Origin: Octopus sinensis
Taxonomy: Eukaryota
NCBI RefSeq assembly: GCF_006345805.1
Contig: NC_042999.1
Coordinates: 11,160,001 to 11,224,000, forward strand
Direction of reading: 5' to 3'
Length of the DNA: 64,000 nucleotides
Shown: piece by piece, positions 39,385-52,400 of the stretch
Layout of the letters: each line of letters opens with the position of its first letter
Numbering within the stretch: position 1 is the first letter of the stretch
Notes under the pieces: generated by a model
What the model saw: the letters and a program-made list of their open reading frames with translations, nothing else
The model's database searches: none
What the model was told of the DNA's origin: nothing
Position numbers and translations under genes: made by a program

Positions 39385-39843
39385 GGGGCAAGGTCTCTGC
39401 CAGATTGACAGTGACAAGGCCATAAAAGAGAAGAAACCGGCTTGGCAAGATGGAGAAAGAAAGAGAGCAAAAAGCTGTATCAAGTAGCTATGGCGGAAGC
39501 TAGGTAACAGGTTTATCTAGCAAGGGCAGAAGCAGAAAGAAAGAGGTTTGCTAATGCTTAACAGCATGAAGATCAGAAACTCAAAGTGCTGTGGGTCAGA
39601 AAGAATTTAGATATTATGGGAGAGATGTGTGTATGGATGGATAATGGTCTGCTTACATTTAGTGACCCAGAGCGAAAAGAGGAAAAGCTGTCTAGAAAGC
39701 ACTCGGTATACACTGCAAAGTGGTTGGCATTAGGAAGGCCATCCAGCTGTAGAACCCATACCAAAAACAGACTGTGGAACTTGGTGTGGCTCCTGGCCTT
39801 ACCAACCTATGCCAACATGGAAAATAGATGTTAAATGATGATG
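39385..39843 (+). mobile_element. Internally deleted RTE fragment
   Basis: Decayed match to the KAIRAKKQAW...EKKKFANV...DVIGEKCVRMDDG region, joined directly to a 3' UTR and GAT tail. Confidence 0.65.
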
Positions 39844-39896
39844 AAATAAAAGTTTAGAATAAAAAATATTAGAGTAAAGATTATTTGCCAACACAG

Positions 39897-40032
39897 TCAG
39901 CTGAAATAATAATCCACCTGAGTAACGAAGGTGCTGATGCCTTCAAACCGGATCTCTTTGGGAATCAAATTGTGATTGAGCGTAAATTATGTCGTGACGG
40001 AGTAAATGGTTACTGTATTAAATCAAGCACTG
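39897..40032 (+). CDS. SMC6: Internal exon of structural maintenance of chromosomes protein 6 (N-terminal ATPase head)
   Basis: Acceptor ttatttgccaacacag, donor ACTG/gtaagc; 136 nt, phase 0 to 1. Translates SAEIIIHLSNEGADAFKPDLFGNQIVIERKLCRDGVNGYCIKSST(G), which resembles the recalled human SMC6 segment [46 protein letters not shown]. Confidence 0.85.
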
Positions 40033-40149
40033 GTAAGCATCATCATCATCATCATTATTATTATTATTATTATTATAGGATCAGAATCGAAATCGATCAA
40101 TGGAAATTGCAGATGTGTTACCAGTGCCGGTGACATGTAAGAGAACCTT

Positions 40150-40473
40150 CCGTTTCGCGACCGTTGCCAGCACCGCCCCGTTTCGTGTCCATTGCCAGCC
40201 TCGCCTGGCCCCCGTGCCGGTGGCACATAAAAAGCACTATCCGTTCGTGGCCGTTTGCCAGCTCTGTCTGGCACCAGTGCGGGTGGCAGATAAAAAGCAC
40301 CCACTACACTCACGGAGTGGTTGGCGTTAGGAAGGGCATCCAGCCGTAGAAACACTGCCAGATTTGACTGGGCCTGATGAAGCCTTCTGGCTTCACAGAC
40401 CCCAGTAGAACCGTCCAACCCATGCTAGCATGGAAAACGGACGCTAAACGACGACGATGATGATGATGATGAT
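40150..40473 (+). mobile_element. RTE 3' UTR fragment, young subfamily
   Basis: Near-identical to 25482-25780. Confidence 0.85.
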
Positions 40474-40740
40474 AACATGGCAGTTTTGGTTTAGGATGAA
40501 TGTTGCTGTGATTTAGCACCAGGCGACATCGTCTCCAGCTGCCTGTATGACACGATCTGCGTCCTTATATTTTCGAACAAGGGAATCTAGCACCCCCATT
40601 CAGCTCAAAACAATATGTGTGAGTAACAATATCTTGTGAGTTATATAAGGACACAGATCGTGTCGTATAGCCAGCTGGAGACGATGTCTCCTGGGGCTAA
40701 ATTACAGCAACATTCATCCTAAACCAGGACTGCCATGTTA
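40473..40740. mobile_element. MITE with about 97-bp imperfect TIRs and TA ends
   Basis: Arms 40473-40569 and 40644-40740 (TAACATGGCAGT...GTCCTTATA). A related half copy lies near 46690-46740. Confidence 0.88.
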
Positions 40741-41023
40741 TGTTGGCAGACAATCTTTGCTCCAAAGTACTGTTGCTGAATATCTCTTGTTGTGAGATTT
40801 ACAAATAGTAATTTTCTAAAGAAAATATTATTATTGTTTACTACAAGTTATCGTTACTATTAGTTTTTGTTTACTAATTCAGTTGGTTGAATTTATTTAT
40901 TTCATAATGTGTATTTGTGTGTGTTATATAATATATGGGTGGGTTTATAAAACAATCATGCGTATACATGAAAGAAAATAGGTAGGGATACATAGAAATA
41001 TAATGTATAGTGGGTTTATTTAA

Positions 41024-41295
41024 CCCTTTGGTTACCCGATTCCTGTTAAATACACTGCCAGCTTCACAGACCCCAGTTGAACCGTCCAACCCATGCTAGC
41101 ATGGAAAGCGGACGCTAAATGATGATGATGATGATGATGATGAAGAATTTATTAAAATAACTTTATCATTATTAAATTGGAGTTTGGAACATAGATTAAT
41201 ATGAATTTTTTAATGGAAGATTAAAATTTTCTTTAAAATAGGAAGTTTGTATCATAAGTCCACAGGCTGTCATGGGCAGTTTGGTATCAAAAGGG
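41024..41295. mobile_element. TTAA-flanked MITE (piggyBac-like ends) carrying an inserted RTE tail
   Basis: TTAA/CCCTTTGGTTACC ... GGTATCAAAAGGG/TTAA; RTE 3' end with GAT repeats at about 41060-41142. Confidence 0.75.
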
Positions 41296-42098
41296 TTAAC
41301 TCTCTTGCCAGGTTATAAAACTTGGTATGATGAGTTTATGCTCATGTATTTACACACTCTTGAAACTAACCATCTTCTGTTGCCCTTCCTTAATTTCATG
41401 CCAGTCTGTTGATGTAATCTCTTCAGAATAACAACATTGGTCTTTAATATATTCAGTCATTGCATAGCAGTAGGGACTTGTAAAAAAATACAAAAAGAGA
41501 CCTATCTCAACAATGGCTGGTCATAGCCTTCGCATGTGTGGGACTTTTGATCAGGTGATGGCAATACTTGGACATGAATTTGCAGCCATCATATATCTAT
41601 CTATTTATATATTCTTTTATTGTTTTGACTGTAGCCATGCTGGAGCACCACCTTTTAGTCAAAGAAATCAACCCCTGGACTTATTCTTTGAAAGCCTGAT
41701 ACTTATTCTATTGGTCTCTTTTGCCAAACCGCTAAGTCGCAGGGACATAAGCTCACCAGCATCGGTTATCAAGTAATGTTGGGGGGACACAGACGCAAAT
41801 ATATACATATATTACAGGCTTCTTTCAGTTTCTGTCTCCCAAATCCACTCACAAGGCTTTGGTCAGCCTAAGATGCCACACAGTAGAACTGAACCCAGAA
41901 CCATGTGATTGGGAAGCAAGCTTCTTACCACACAGCCATGCCTGTACCTATAAATATATGTCATGCTTTGTATTAAAAAATAAGCTATAAATGTGGTCCA
42001 ACCAATGTGTTGGTTAATCTGTGGTTTTCTCCATTTTCTGATTATTTTAATATATATATATATATAATCAAAATAAGCAACAAGGATATCCAAGGTAG

Positions 42099-42186
42099 AG
42101 TAGTACAATTGTTTCATGCTACTTCATTTTATTAAACACTGTAAGTATTACATCAGTTTTAAAATGTCGAGCAATCTTCAGCCACT
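42099..42186 (-). ncRNA. Type I hammerhead motif, family H1
   Basis: Minus strand: AGTGG-CTGAAGA-TTGCT...AGCAT-GAAA-C-AATT-GT-A-CTACT, same architecture as 2803. The element's 3' arm (42063-42098) abuts (TA)n. Confidence 0.65.
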
Positions 42187-45100
42187 TATATTTACATATT
42201 CATCTGAATATATATACATATATATATATATGTTCTTGAGCGTCCAATAATACTTTATTTGTTCCACGTCCTCGCGTTGCTGTGTTTTTTTTGTGTTTTC
42301 TTGTTTGGATTAACACATATGAGAGAGAGTGTTTAGGAAAAGAAATGATTGAACTATTATGGCTAGTCATTGAGGTTCTTTCACAAGACAGAGAGAACAT
42401 TGATTGTCGTATATGTATTATGTATCTACCTATATCCTATATATATATATATATATATGTATAAAATCCTGTATATGATATATATTGAAATGGAAAGCTC
42501 TATTCCTGATGCTCCAAGAGTCTTTTATTGTTTTTCTCATAGAATTATTTTTCTTTTAATATAACCCTTTTTATTATGTTTTTTTCCCAAAAGTTTGTTG
42601 TGTAATACTCAGAATTGTAATTTTATTTTTTCTCCATTTCAAGACCAGAGCCATTGTATTGATGCTTTTACCTCATTTATCGTATTTCAGTTAAACCTTG
42701 CAACACAAAAAAAAAAAGAAAAGAAAAGAAAAGACTGTATTCCATCGTCTTCGATATTTTTTAACCAAAATGCTTGGCGAAAGATAGTCATTTTGAAAAC
42801 TTAAAAGCAACTCCAAACAAAAACTATTTTTTTCCCCTTGGTTTTTTTTTCTAAATTTTTGGATTGAAGTTTTTTTCCTTCTTTTCTTTCCCCTTACTCT
42901 CCGTATTGAAAAAGTGTTGGAAAGGGTTTTGCTTTGCTTATGTTTGGTTATTGTGTTTCTCTGGCTGCTTTCTTTTCAATTGATATCATCTTATGACTCA
43001 TCTATTGATCATTTGCATATTTATCACTGGAACTTATTATGCTGTTTTGATAGGGAATATTGACTCATATAAGATAGCAAACTCTGCCCCCCACACACAC
43101 ACACCCCAGACTAGGGAGTTAGATCTATCAGAATGATAGCAGATGCAACGTTCAGCGGAATCAAAATCCCTGCTCCTCCTCCTCCTCGATATATGAACTC
43201 TCTCTGTTTGTGATATCTTGGAGAAGTAAAAATCTTGGGAAAATCTTTGTTTCCTCAAATGTTTACATTTAATCACAATGTTGATCTGTTTGTTATTGGC
43301 TCGGCTTTGATCTATTGAACTCATTTGTAGCAATTCTATGCTGTGCCAACTGATAGCACGATATAGATAGTTGTAAGACAAACAGTTGGTAATGCTAAGC
43401 TGTTGTCTAATGAACCCTCCTGGACGCTGCGACCAGAGGCAGGGCTTACTGCTGCACTCCACTCCACTGATCCTAATCACTTAATGGTTCTGACGTTTAG
43501 AGGTTAGCGAATATCGCATCCTTCGGATTTCTTTTCTTTTTCTTTATTCATTTCATTTATTTTTATATATCTTATGAGTTTGTTGTTGCTCTTATTGATT
43601 CGTAAGTGTGTTGCAGTTGTCTCTTGACTGGTTTTTCAGTCTCGTAAAAGGTTTCAAATAGACTCAAACTGTGTCTAAAATAAAGCAACTGCTTCAGAAA
43701 TCTTTTCTACTTTTACATTTTATTCAGACCTCAATCAATTTTCAATCTTCTCCAATTAATCTCTCAACAATAAACATTCTTAATGACTTGATGAAAACAA
43801 TTGTTTCTGTTTTTAATGTAGATGTATTTAAGTTAAGTTAATTTTTTGGCTCAAAAAGCAAAAAGCAAGGCCATGTAGGGGTACATGGAGTTATGTACAG
43901 GGTGGTGTTCCTTATGAAAAGGAAGCCTGTTCTGTGTTTGTCTTTTAATTTTCTCAAATTGTCCTCTTGTTGAATGCAAAGGGAAGTCAAGACCAGTTCT
44001 GTGAACCTTCCACACGTTTCCATAACTTATTTTTATTATTTAAAGCAGGAGTTGAAGTCAACTGTTTTTAACCATTTTATTGGAATCCTTGATTCTTCAT
44101 CAATTTCAGGCATGGATGATAATTGAAAATCTACTGTTAAATAATAATAATAATAATGTTTTAGATTTTGGCACAAAGCCAGCAATTTTGAGGGTTGGGG
44201 CAATTCAGTTACCTTGATCATAATATTTGGCTGGTACTTTTATTGTATTGGCCCTGAAAGAATGAAAACTTTGTTAGCCTTAATGGAATTTGAGCTCAGA
44301 ATCCAAGTAAGTATTTTGCCCAGAATACTAATGTTTCTGCCAGCTCACTGTCTTAGATAATCATCATCATCATCATTTAATGTCCACCTTCCATGCTGGC
44401 ATAGATGGGTCAGTTTGACAGGAGCTGGCCAGACAGAAGCCTGCACCAGACTTTTGTGAATGTCTTGGCAGAATTTTTACAGCTGGATGCCTTTCCTAAC
44501 ACTGACCACCCAGCAGAATGGCCTTAGTGCTTTTTACATGGCACAAGCACAGGCGAGGTCAGTTTTGGTAAGGTTTTTACAGCTGGGTGCCCTTCCAAAT
44601 GCCAACCACTTTACAATGTAGACTGGATGCTTTTTACACTGTAAAGTTGTTGATTGGCATTTAGTAATAATTAGCAGAGATACCTGGCCTTGCGTGGGAT
44701 TGAAATGGCATAGTTTAAAAAAAATTTTTTTTACTTGTTTCAGTCATGTGATTGTGGTCATGTTGAAGCACCACCTTTGGTCGAGAAAATCGACTACAGG
44801 ATTTATACTTTGTAAGCCTAGTACTTATTCTATCAGTGTCTTTGGTCAAACCGCTAAGTTATGGGAACGTAAACACAGCAACATCAGTTGTCAAGCAATG
44901 GTGAGGATACAAACACAACACATACACACACAAATATACACATATATACAACAGTCTTCTTTCAGCTTGTGTGTACGAAATCCACTCATGGCTTTGGTCA
45001 GCCTGAGGATATAATATATATATCTCCATATATATATATATATATATATATATAGGAAAAAAAGCAACAAGAATAGATCAATGTTGCTTTTTTTCCTATT

Positions 45101-45249
45101 TGTAATCACCCCACTTTGTAGTATCGTTAACACCATATAGATTTCCGGTGCATCCAAGTTAAGTACCATATTCATGTGAATTCATTAGAACTCACTTGAA
45201 TCTCAATTGCTTAAACCGAATATATATATATATATATATTTATATATGA

Positions 45250-45752
45250 GGATAATATCGATATTTAAGTGTCGAAATTATCAAGTGGCCAGCATGAAAG
45301 AAATACCTTACAAAGGTAAAAAAATTTTTAACAATTAAAAATGAGGGTGTCTAAAAGACATAAATTTATATAATTCGTTATTATATTCACTGCGGTGCTT
45401 ATTTTAACCATATCGTACTTATGCGGTGATTTGGCGGGCGATTCAAACAGGCTGTGTCCATACGTGCATATGTATGTATGTACGACGCTCGTATATGTAA
45501 GTATATCGTTTGCTGTGCATATATATATCTGTATTTATGTACCCTTGATATATTCAATTGATGACGGTAAAGCTTATCTAAAGCAGAACCAGAAATCCTT
45601 GGATCTTGAATTATTCAATAATTTTTGCTTGTATGTTTTGTCCCTCCGCTTTACCTCATGGTGCGATATGAACATTTAACGTGGTACTATAGTCAGTGTT
45701 TCAACTGCTATTTCGGCATGTTGGTGTCTTTTAGACACCCTCATTTTTAATT
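45250..45752 (+). mobile_element. Hammerhead-containing element (third sequence family) with 28-bp inverted arms, inside (TA)n
   Basis: AATTAAAAATGAGGGTGTCTAAAAGACA at 45333-45360 and its exact reverse complement at 45725-45752; (TA)n on both sides; CpG-rich interior. Confidence 0.65.
45552..45611 (+). ncRNA. Degenerate type I hammerhead motif
   Basis: Helix I ATTCAA/TTGAAT; TTGATGA (C3 to U); helix II CGGT...ACCA with inner GCTT/AAGC; GAAA 45592-45595; helix III ATCC-TT-GGAT; AUC triplet ending 45605. Confidence 0.55.
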
Positions 45753-46162
45753 ATATATATATATATATATATACGAGCAAAATGTCCCCTGTCCAATGGA
45801 TTGTGCTGAGTTGTCAAACATTTAAATCAAATTTTCTCAAAACAACCTGCCCAACTGTCCCATAGGCCTCCCCTTTGAGAAACACTGATTTCACCTAAAT
45901 TTGAGACACCAGCAAACGAAGAAATAAAGATAGACTGTTTTTCTTCCAAGGAAAATAATTTTACAAAAGCATGTTCTTACGGCTTTATCAATCGTATTCT
46001 CACCTGGAATCGATTTTTGTAATTTTTTCAAAACTTACACACACCCTGATACCGTCAGTATCTACATATCAAATTTGAGTGCAATCGGATGGAGGATGCC
46101 TGAGATCCTAGAAGACACACACACAGACAGACAAAACGATTTTATATAATACACACACACAC

Positions 46163-46221
<59 letters not shown>

Positions 46222-46224
<3 letters not shown>

Positions 46225-46507
46225 GTGACCGATGCCAGTGCCGCCTTGACTGACTTCCAAGTCAGTGGTACATAAAAAGCACTAACCGATCGTGGCCGTT
46301 GTCAGCCACCCCTGGCACCTGTGCCAGTGGCACGTAAAAAGCACCCACTACACTCACGGAGTGGTTCGCATTAGGAAGGACATCCAGCTGTAGAAACACT
46401 GCCAGATCAGACTGGAGCCTGGTGCAGCCTCCTGGCTTCCCAGACCCCGGTCGAACTGTCCAACCCATGCTAGCTTGGAAAGCGGACGTCAAACGATGAT
46501 GATGATG
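46222..46507 (+). mobile_element. RTE 3' UTR fragment
   Basis: Same 3' UTR and GAT tail. Similar copies near 15060, 37035, 44355, 47190-47640, 47760, 52390-52715, 54825-55320, 59600 and 62880. Confidence 0.85.
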
Positions 46508-46801
46508 GTATATACATATATGCATATATATGTATATATATATATATATATGCATATGCATGAGCAATAATATATCTCTGAGTGATGTATAAACAGTAAC
46601 TGCTTGACATCGTGAAGTATGTTTCACATCACCAACCGGTGGTTGTCACATACTGCAAATACTGAGAGGGCACAGAAAGTGTGTCAATAGCCAGCTGGAG
46701 GAGGTGTCCTCCTAGGGCTACAAGCTAAAATAGCATCAACCCTTAAGGGTTAGCCACATTTAAGTGGCAAATATACTTCACCAGATATATATATAGATAC
46801 G

Positions 46802-46832
<31 letters not shown>

Positions 46833-46875
46833 CACACACACACACACACGTGTGTGTGTTCCTTCAAATAATAAT

Positions 46876-46906
<31 letters not shown>

Positions 46907-47114
46907 CTTAGTTCAATTTGAAAACTCCACCAGAATGGATGAAAGCGCTAATATATGATATATGATATAAGTTATATGATGTATAAAAACATGTAATATA
47001 CAAATAAATATCTGTAAATATAAAACAATCCGAATTTCTGAGTACCTCATTTCTTCTAATATAAAATACCTGTACATCATCTCCAAACCTTCTAATATAT
47101 ATATATATATATAC

Positions 47115-47147
<33 letters not shown>

Positions 47148-48404
47148 ATATATATATATATATACATACAGACACACACACATATATATCATCATCGTCA
47201 TCATTTAATGTCCGTTTTCCATGCTGGCATGGGTTGGACGGTTTGCTGGGGTTTGGAGAGCCAGCAGCTGCATCAGGCTCCAATCTGATCTGGCAATGTT
47301 TCTACAGCTGGATGCTCTTCCTAACGACAACCACTCTGAGAGTGTAGTGGGTACTTTTTACATGCCACTGGCATGGGAGCCAGTCAGGCGGGCCTGGCAT
47401 TGATCATATTCGGATGGTGCTTTCTATGTACCACCGACACAAGAGCCAGTCAGAGGGTACTGGCATTAGCAAACGATCAGTTGGTGCTTTTTACACATAC
47501 CACCGGCATGAGAGCAAATCAGGTGAACTTGGCATTGACCACATTCGGATGGTGCTTTTTATGTGCCACTGGCACAGGAGCCAGTCAGTGGGCACTGGCC
47601 ACAGCTACACTATTGGTTCATAGCTGTGGCCAGTGCCCCATATATATACATATATGTATATCCAACCCATGCTAGCATGGAGAATGGATGTTAAACGATG
47701 ATGATGATGATGTATATGCACATATGTATATATACACATATATATGTACACATATACACACTACACTCATGGAGTGGTTGATGTTAGAAAGGGCATCCAG
47801 GTGTAGAAACACTATCAGATCAGACTGGAGCCTGCTGCAGCCTCCTGGCTTCCCAGACCCCAGTCGGACCGTTCAACCCATGCCAGCATAGAAAACAAAC
47901 GCTAAACGATGATGATGAATGGGTATGATGCTCATGGGGCACTCTCATTAAAGTGTTTATTAAGTATTAATCTTGATAAACATGAGGGTTAATATAATAT
48001 TTTATTGTCCTGCTCATGACATATCCTTGTAACCATATTGTATTTTAGGAAACAACATGAAACAATGGAAACCACTTCTACAGAAATTCAAAATGAATCT
48101 CAGCAAATGTTATTTCTTCTATGGATGTCAGTTTTGACTACAAAAGTTTAGTTGGTCCTTTTCTTTTTTCAACCCCTTAGTCTTATATTTATTGACAGCA
48201 CAGGTGTGGCCCTGTGGTTGAGAAGCCTTGCTTCCCCTCCATGTGCTCCCAAGTTTAGTCCCACTGAGTGGCACTTTGGGCGTCTTCTACTCTAAACTGG
48301 GACCAGCCAAAGCTTTGTGAGTGAATTTGGTAGATGGAAACTGAAAGAAGCCTGTTGTATATTTGTGTGTGTGTATACACACACACAGACATATACATAC
48401 ATAT

Positions 48405-48461
<57 letters not shown>

Positions 48462-49044
48462 TGTGTATTGTGTTTGTCTCCTGCCAGCACTTGGAAACCA
48501 ATGTTGGTGTATTTACCTTTGTGTAGCTGATCAATTTGACATCAAAACACTGCTTGGACAAGTACCTGGCTCCAAAATAAGTACAAGAGTCAATGTGTTT
48601 GACTAAAACCCATTAAGCCTGTGCTCCAGCATGGCCACTGTCCAAAAAAAAAAAAAAGTGGGTGGGACAAGTCAAAAGATAAGAGACAGACGATATCTTT
48701 ACCGAAAGTTTTCAAAACCTAATTTCCCTGTTATTTCCCTGTCCCCGTCTCTCTTTTTCTCTTTTTCTCCTCTGAAAACACAGACCAGTTTCAATCCTCC
48801 CAATTGAAACCTGGGGAAAAGTCAAGAGGAGGGTTTATCTCCAAATTGCAGCTCAAACCTGCAACAACTGGTTCTGTCACCTCTTGTCGGCTTTTTACGA
48901 AATTGTTTTCATTTAAACTTTGAATTTAATACAAAGACATTTTAACTGATTCTAAGGTGAACTCGACCACTTATTTTTGTATTTCATAACAGTTTCCTGA
49001 AAGGAAATTTCACATATAAATGGTTAACCTAGTTTTGTCCTCTA

Positions 49045-49490
49045 CCACCACCACCACCATCTCTACTACTACTACCACCACCTCTAATACTACTACCCCC
49101 TCTACTACTATTACCACCACCACCTCTACTACTACTATCACCACCACCTCTACTACTACCACCACCACCACCACCTCTACTACTACTATCACCACCACCT
49201 CTACTACTACTACCACCACCTCTACTATCACCACTGCTACTAGTACTTCCTCCACCACCACCTCTACTACTGTTACTACCACTACTACTACTACTACCAC
49301 CACTACCACCTCTACTACTATTATCACCACCACCTCTACTACTACTACTATTATCACCACCACAGTTATCACTGTCACCACTGCTACTAGCACTTCCACC
49401 ACCACCACCACCACCACCTCTGCCACTACTATTCCCACCACCACCACCACCACCACACCTACTACTACTACTACTACTGCTGCTGTAAGC
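49045..49490. repeat. Low-complexity (ACC/ACT)n tract
   Basis: accaccacc/actactact units; produces the Thr-rich and Val-rich ORFs in the track. Confidence 0.9.
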
Positions 49491-52400
49491 CCTTTACCAT
49501 TGATTGCACTCAGTGTTTTAGCCATAACAAATGAGTATTTTTTCATTTTGTTTTTGTTTTTTTGTCAATGATGACATCATAGGAGGAGGAGGAGGAGGAG
49601 GCTTTGTTTAGCCTGAATTATCCACATCAGATAGATTTCATTTCGCTGATTAAATTGCTGATGACATTCAACGAGGAGGAGCACCGCCACCACGGCTGTT
49701 TGCATGCTGTTGCGAAGACTGTAACAACTTTGGTATGTCTAAACTGGCAGACAGGCAGGCACGGGCTTGAAACTTGTTTGGGACTTTGAAGTTTTTGTAT
49801 GTACACAAGAATCCCCTCTTCGTGGGGGTTCAAACAGCAGCAGCAGCAGCGACAGCAGTAATTCTGTGGATTGTTTGAGAAATGCCTCAATGAACAATGA
49901 CTTGGGCAAGATAAAGGGAAAGTTGTACGGATCATATCTAGGGAGAAATCAATAACAAGAGATCAATAGATCTCATTTCAAGATATGAACTAGTCTCTTG
50001 CTTGTGTATATGATTAGTGATGACTAAAGAGTAAAGTCCTCTAAAAAAAAAAATTGGATTTAAGTATATTTATTTTTCATCCTAAAATATAATTAATTAC
50101 TCCACTTAAATAAATCACAATAGCACAACATCTACAAATGAATTGATATTGGGATTTCTCCTTTACCTTGTTATCTATTGTCATTAATTTAACAAGGCTT
50201 ACTAATAACGTGTGTGTATCTATCCTTCCTACCCTTTGGTGTGATAAACAGTCAGTGCTTTCATCATCATCATCATCCACTTTGCTATGCTGGCATGGGT
50301 CACATGGAATTCATTGAAGCAGATTTTCTCCTGCCAGATGCCCTTCCTGTTGCCAACCTTCACCTGTTTTGAAGCAAGGTAGTATTTCTCCATGGCCAAA
50401 CATGTCTTCACTGAAGATCTGAAATGAAGTACACTGCCTGTATGACAGTGACACTCATTTACGACTATCAGATGATGTCAAGGAGCCACAAACTCCCACT
50501 CACCCAGCTTCTCTCTCACATAGGCTGCTTCCACTTTCCATCTATCAAATCCATTCAAGACTTTGGTTACCCTGAGGCTATTGTAGAGGTCACTTGCCCA
50601 AAATGTTACACAGTAGGATTGAAACTGAAACCATGTGGTTGGCAAGTTTTAACCACACTGCAACCACACAGCCAGATCCCTTGAGTTTTTGTGCTCAGAA
50701 TATCATCAACTCTTTGGACCGTTTACCCCAAATTCTGCTGTGTATTCTTAACAGCCAAACAAACTGAAATAAAAGGTCTAGTATATTTGAATTCATGACC
50801 TTTGAGCAGATAGCTCTATACCTTATTCATTGGAGCAAACAGTGTGTAGGGGCTATACCTATCTCTAACCATCTGTCACTCTCCTCTCACAACCCTTGCC
50901 TCACGACCCTTTCTATTCTCTCTTATACTTCCCATCTTTATATCTTGAGAATAAACTCCGACACGTCATGACCCCATCATTGCCTTCTTTCCAGCTAATC
51001 CCATCTACCCTTATATGATGCAGGGTAGCTGCATATCTCCTCAGTAGCAAGACAGCTCTACTTGTCCCTGTCATAATTTAATCTCTTAACATCTGGCATG
51101 AAACCAACCTCCTCTCTACTGCAACCCCAATCTATCAAGGAATCTTTTTTTTGTATGTCTTGTGAGTTAATCAGCAAGCTCACTGGTGCTGGTACCACAG
51201 GAAAAATGTAAAAAAAAACCCACCCAGTGCACTTTGTAAAGTGTTTGGTGTTAGGAAGTGTACCTGGCCCCATAGAAACTATGCTGAAGCAGGTGTGGGG
51301 GCTTGATACAATTCTTTGAGCCTTTGGGTCTGCTCAAACCACCCAAGCCATGCTCGCAGAAAAGATGGACGTCAAATGATGGTCATCGTGTATATGAATG
51401 TGCACACACACACTCACACACACACATGAGAGAGAGAAGGAAAAAGAAGTAATGTTTGTTGCCATTTCAACATGGCTGTTCCATATGAACTGATGTTATT
51501 ACCATTTTTAACCCCTAAAAATGGTAGCCACATCGTTTTGTACAGAACAACCAGATTGGAATGGCAACAAACATTACTTCTCATAATAGTTACTACCTTC
51601 ATCTCTTAGATTTTCTAACGAGCTACTTTGCTCGTTACACACACACACACACACACACACCACAAACATATGCATATACATGTGTGTGTGTGTGTGTATA
51701 AATGTTTAATTGGCAACTGAATATTCAGCTTAATAATTAACATTATGAAAAAAAAAAAGGCAAGCAATTAATTAATGATAGTCAATGTAACTGGTGTTTG
51801 TATTTGTCATTGTTTTAATGAGGGGAATTTCATTTTGATTTTAATGAGTTCAAAATTACAGTTTTTCTTTGCTGTTTTTTATTTCCTCAATATCATCATC
51901 ATCATCATTATTTAATGTCCATCTTTCATGCCGATATGGGTTCAGACCGTTTGACTGCATCATACTGCAGTGTCTGCTTTGCTGAATGACCTTAAATATT
52001 TATGTACATCAATTAGTCCCAGTTATCTCTTGTGCTAATAACACTACAGACCCAGTGAACCAAGTGTGACTTAGGAGTGATTGTTGCAACAGGTTTTGTG
52101 AAACTACTTTACAGTTGTTTTTTCTTCTTTATATGTTACACTTTATAAATATATTGTTACATGATTCCACAGATTTCACAATTGAATTTAGTCTATTCAA
52201 CCTGTCAGCTTATATTGTATTAAATAAAATGTGTTTCCAAGAACTCACTCTAGATGACAAGTATCTCAGCAATTTCATTAGTGTTATTTCCCTTGTATAT
52301 TAGCATCATTTCTAGATGTATAACCAACTAAACTTAGATAAATCAGCAACATTCCTGGAAAATGTCAATACAAATGGAAATTGTAGTAGTGATACCTGTC

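Noticed and set aside
42900-43520. Non-repetitive island with short ORFs on both strands (147 aa minus; MIADATFSGIKIPAPPPPR plus)
   Set aside because: No homology or splice pattern recognised; it may be regulatory, but I cannot support a call
49020-49571. 183-aa Thr-rich ORF with a hydrophobic C-terminus resembling a mucin or GPI-anchored protein
   Set aside because: Almost entirely ACC/ACT repeat; no signal peptide; the tail comes from T-rich flank; the opposite strand is equally open
49570-49960. Non-repetitive, CpG-containing island with TGACATCA-like motifs
   Set aside because: Short motifs are expected by chance; needs conservation or accessibility data
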